In this document: positions 60,862-64,000 of the stretch, one piece after another | How positions within the stretch are numbered: position 1 is the first letter of the stretch | Layout of the letters: the number at the start of each line of letters is the position of its first letter | Assembly: GCF_009914755.1 (NCBI RefSeq) | Contig: NC_060947.1 | Direction: 5' to 3' (one strand) | Length of the DNA: 64,000 nucleotides | Origin: the human T2T-CHM13v2.0 reference genome, Homo sapiens | The notes under the pieces: model-generated | Seen by the model: the letters and a program-made list of their open reading frames with translations, nothing else | The model's database searches: none | Told to the model about the DNA's origin: nothing | Made by a program: the position numbers and the translations under genes

Positions 60862-61783
60862 TTAATAACCGGGGAATACACGAGGTACTGGGCACTATAT
60901 ATACCCAAAGAGGAGTATGATACACTGAGTTTTTCAATACTTCAGAAATTTATATGCATTTTTAAAAGTCTCCAAAGTCAGGAAGATCAACTGACTTGTT
61001 CAGTGCCATAGAGCTAATAACATCAGGGCCTGAACACAAACCCAAGTGTTCTGACTCCAGATCAAATGTACTTCCCACTATACTGATGTTTATGAAAATA
61101 GGATACGGATATCCTGTGGGGGAGGTCTCATGTAGCCCTGTGAGGGCATCATGTAATCCAAGCCACGAAAAGACATGAGGAATCTTCTGGAGTATCCATT
61201 TTATAGGAATAGTAAGCAATCTTAAACATTACTTTTCTATTAAAATAAACCAGATACATCGTAGAGTAGAAGGTAAAATTTGCTACATGTTTACGGATAC
61301 ATAGTAGATAGGTTGCAACAAAATTTCATCCTTTTGGCAGAGGACCCTAGACCTTCTCAGGTTACCTCCTCCTCTGACACTAAGGGTACTTGGGTGGAAA
61401 AACCTGAGAAGCACTGTAGTGTATATCACATCCTTATGCTAAATGGGCCCAGATTATTAGGTTTATTTTTGCCCTGGACTTTTTTCTTTTTCACTGACAA
61501 CTGTAATTTCATGCTGCCCTTTTTTGTAGCTTGAAATAACACCCTGCCTCATTTTTAAATCATTAGGCTAGGAAAACAGATTAGCTTATTATCAATAAAG
61601 GTAAATAGTGTCCAACGTACTGTCTTTGAAAGAAAGCACATTATGTTTGACATGTGGGCTTTCAGTACTTACATCCAGGTTTTTAGAAACACTCTTCAAA
61701 CTTGATATACCAGCTAAGCAACCTCAAACAAATCAGGAATTAGTAATACTACAACCTGGTAAAAATTTCAGATTGAGATTTTA

Positions 61784-62026
<243 letters not shown>

Positions 62027-62680
62027 CTAAAACAAAAAATTACCACTTTTTACTGTAATCGAATTGTCTACAATGAAAACAATCCCCAAATCATATTTTA
62101 AGTGGCATATATATTTAAAGATCTTTAAAAAGTAAGATAAAGCTATTTTTAAGATGGAATCTTGCTATGTTGCCCAGGCTAGTCTGAAACTCCTAGGCTG
62201 AAAGGATCCTCCTGCCTCAGCCTCCCAAGTAGCTGGAGTTACAGGCATGTACCACTGCACCTGGCAAAATAAAGCTGATAGTGAAATGAGGACAAAAAAA
62301 TAAAGTGCTAAATATCCACACTGTTAACCACTCATCTATAATCACAAAAATAGTAAGCAATGATCACTGGGCATATGATATCATAACAGGGTATTATTAG
62401 AAGCCTCTGGGATCTTTTCCTTATTTTTAAAGAAGTCAGCTTTCAACTTCCTTAAAATGGCAATCTGGCTTTAGTGTAAGATTGAAGAAAGGAAAGAAAT
62501 TTGGGGTTCAAAGTCTTTTTCTACATTTACTGCTTTAAGTGGTAGAGACAGAAATTATGTCAGCCATCAATCAGGTTTTATAGCTGATATGCCACACAGC
62601 TACCATTCTCAGGTTGACTGTTCTCAAAATTCCCATTACTTTTTAAACAAATTTAAAATTCCCTTAAAAGAACTGGATCA

Positions 62681-62961
<281 letters not shown>

Positions 62962-63047
62962 TCAAAAAAAAAAAAATTGGATCAAACAAGAAATGCTTGC
63001 CAATATGCACTCTTGATGTGTAGATAAGCCATAAGAGAGAAAAATCA

Positions 63048-63191
<144 letters not shown>

Positions 63192-64000
63192 TTAAAACAT
63201 TTTGGCATTAAAATATAGTGAACAAAAAAGTGAACAAGATTATCAGACATTTTAATAAAATTTGAGTTATAATCATTATTGTGATACTGGTTTGAACTAT
63301 GACTAGTCTGTATGTGAGTTGTAATGTAAGATTTCCTTTGAATTAAACCCAACCATCTTTCTGGGTAAAAACTAAATATAGAGACTTTAGTCGCTATAAA
63401 AATAAAAACAGGCCAGGCACGGTGGCTCACACCTGTAATCCCAGCACTTTGGGAGGCTGAGGCAGGAGGATCAATTGAAGCCAGGAGGTCAAGACCAGCC
63501 TGGGCACAACAGTAAGACCCCCTCCCCCTCTCTATTTTAATTCAAAAAGTTAAAAAAATTAAAAAGAAAAAGAAAAATGGTTAACTCCATAATGGTTTGT
63601 GCCATTTAGCATGATAGATTAGAGGCAAAAACAAACTTATAAAAACTGGCTTACATAAATATACATTATAAATACCTCATATATGTAGTAGCCATATTAT
63701 GTACATAGTTATATTTCAGAATACTGGATATAGCCTGTGATATATCAAAAGCCATGCATAAATAGGTCAAATTTAAATGAGGCTCTAATAAATATTTGAT
63801 TTCCAGGATGAAATAACAGTATAACTGCATTAAATTTCTAAATATATAAATTTTTATACAAAAGAAAATATTATTGGGGAGAAAGGTAAGGCTTTTACCT
63901 ATTTGCGGCATTCTCAAAGTAAAATGTAGGGTATACTCTAAATTCACTTGGGATTAGAAGTGCTTGGTTTGACATGCCATGAACAACAAAAAACCCTCAC

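Overview
Human (primate) genomic DNA, recognisable as Xq24. The right third holds the last 11 coding exons and the 3' UTR of CUL4B on the minus strand. All exons have GT/AG boundaries and splice in frame to ...[11 protein letters not shown]. From memory of the locus, the left ~45 kb is the intergenic space toward the LAMP2 5' end; LAMP2 itself is not in the window. That region is a dense stack of transposons: about 55 Alus, several L1s, LTRs and DNA transposons. I see no convincing new protein-coding gene or multi-gene system; the ORF track outside CUL4B is Alu-, L1- or low-complexity-derived. The best leads are: (1) a non-repetitive CpG-rich element at ~7.2-7.9 kb with an ARE/AP-1 site next to a CLEAR-type E-box, a candidate NRF2+TFEB enhancer for LAMP2; (2) two U7 snRNA pseudogene copies, the second apparently a DNA-templated copy of the first; (3) an inverted templated duplication inside a MER4 LTR; (4) a twin-primed L1PA whose inverted part is only the ZNF93-target 5'UTR segment; (5) a near-complete BLACKJACK hAT transposon with both TIRs; (6) a young AluYa5-like insertion. 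Repeat subfamily names come from recalled consensus sequences, and repeat boundaries are approximate unless TSDs are given.
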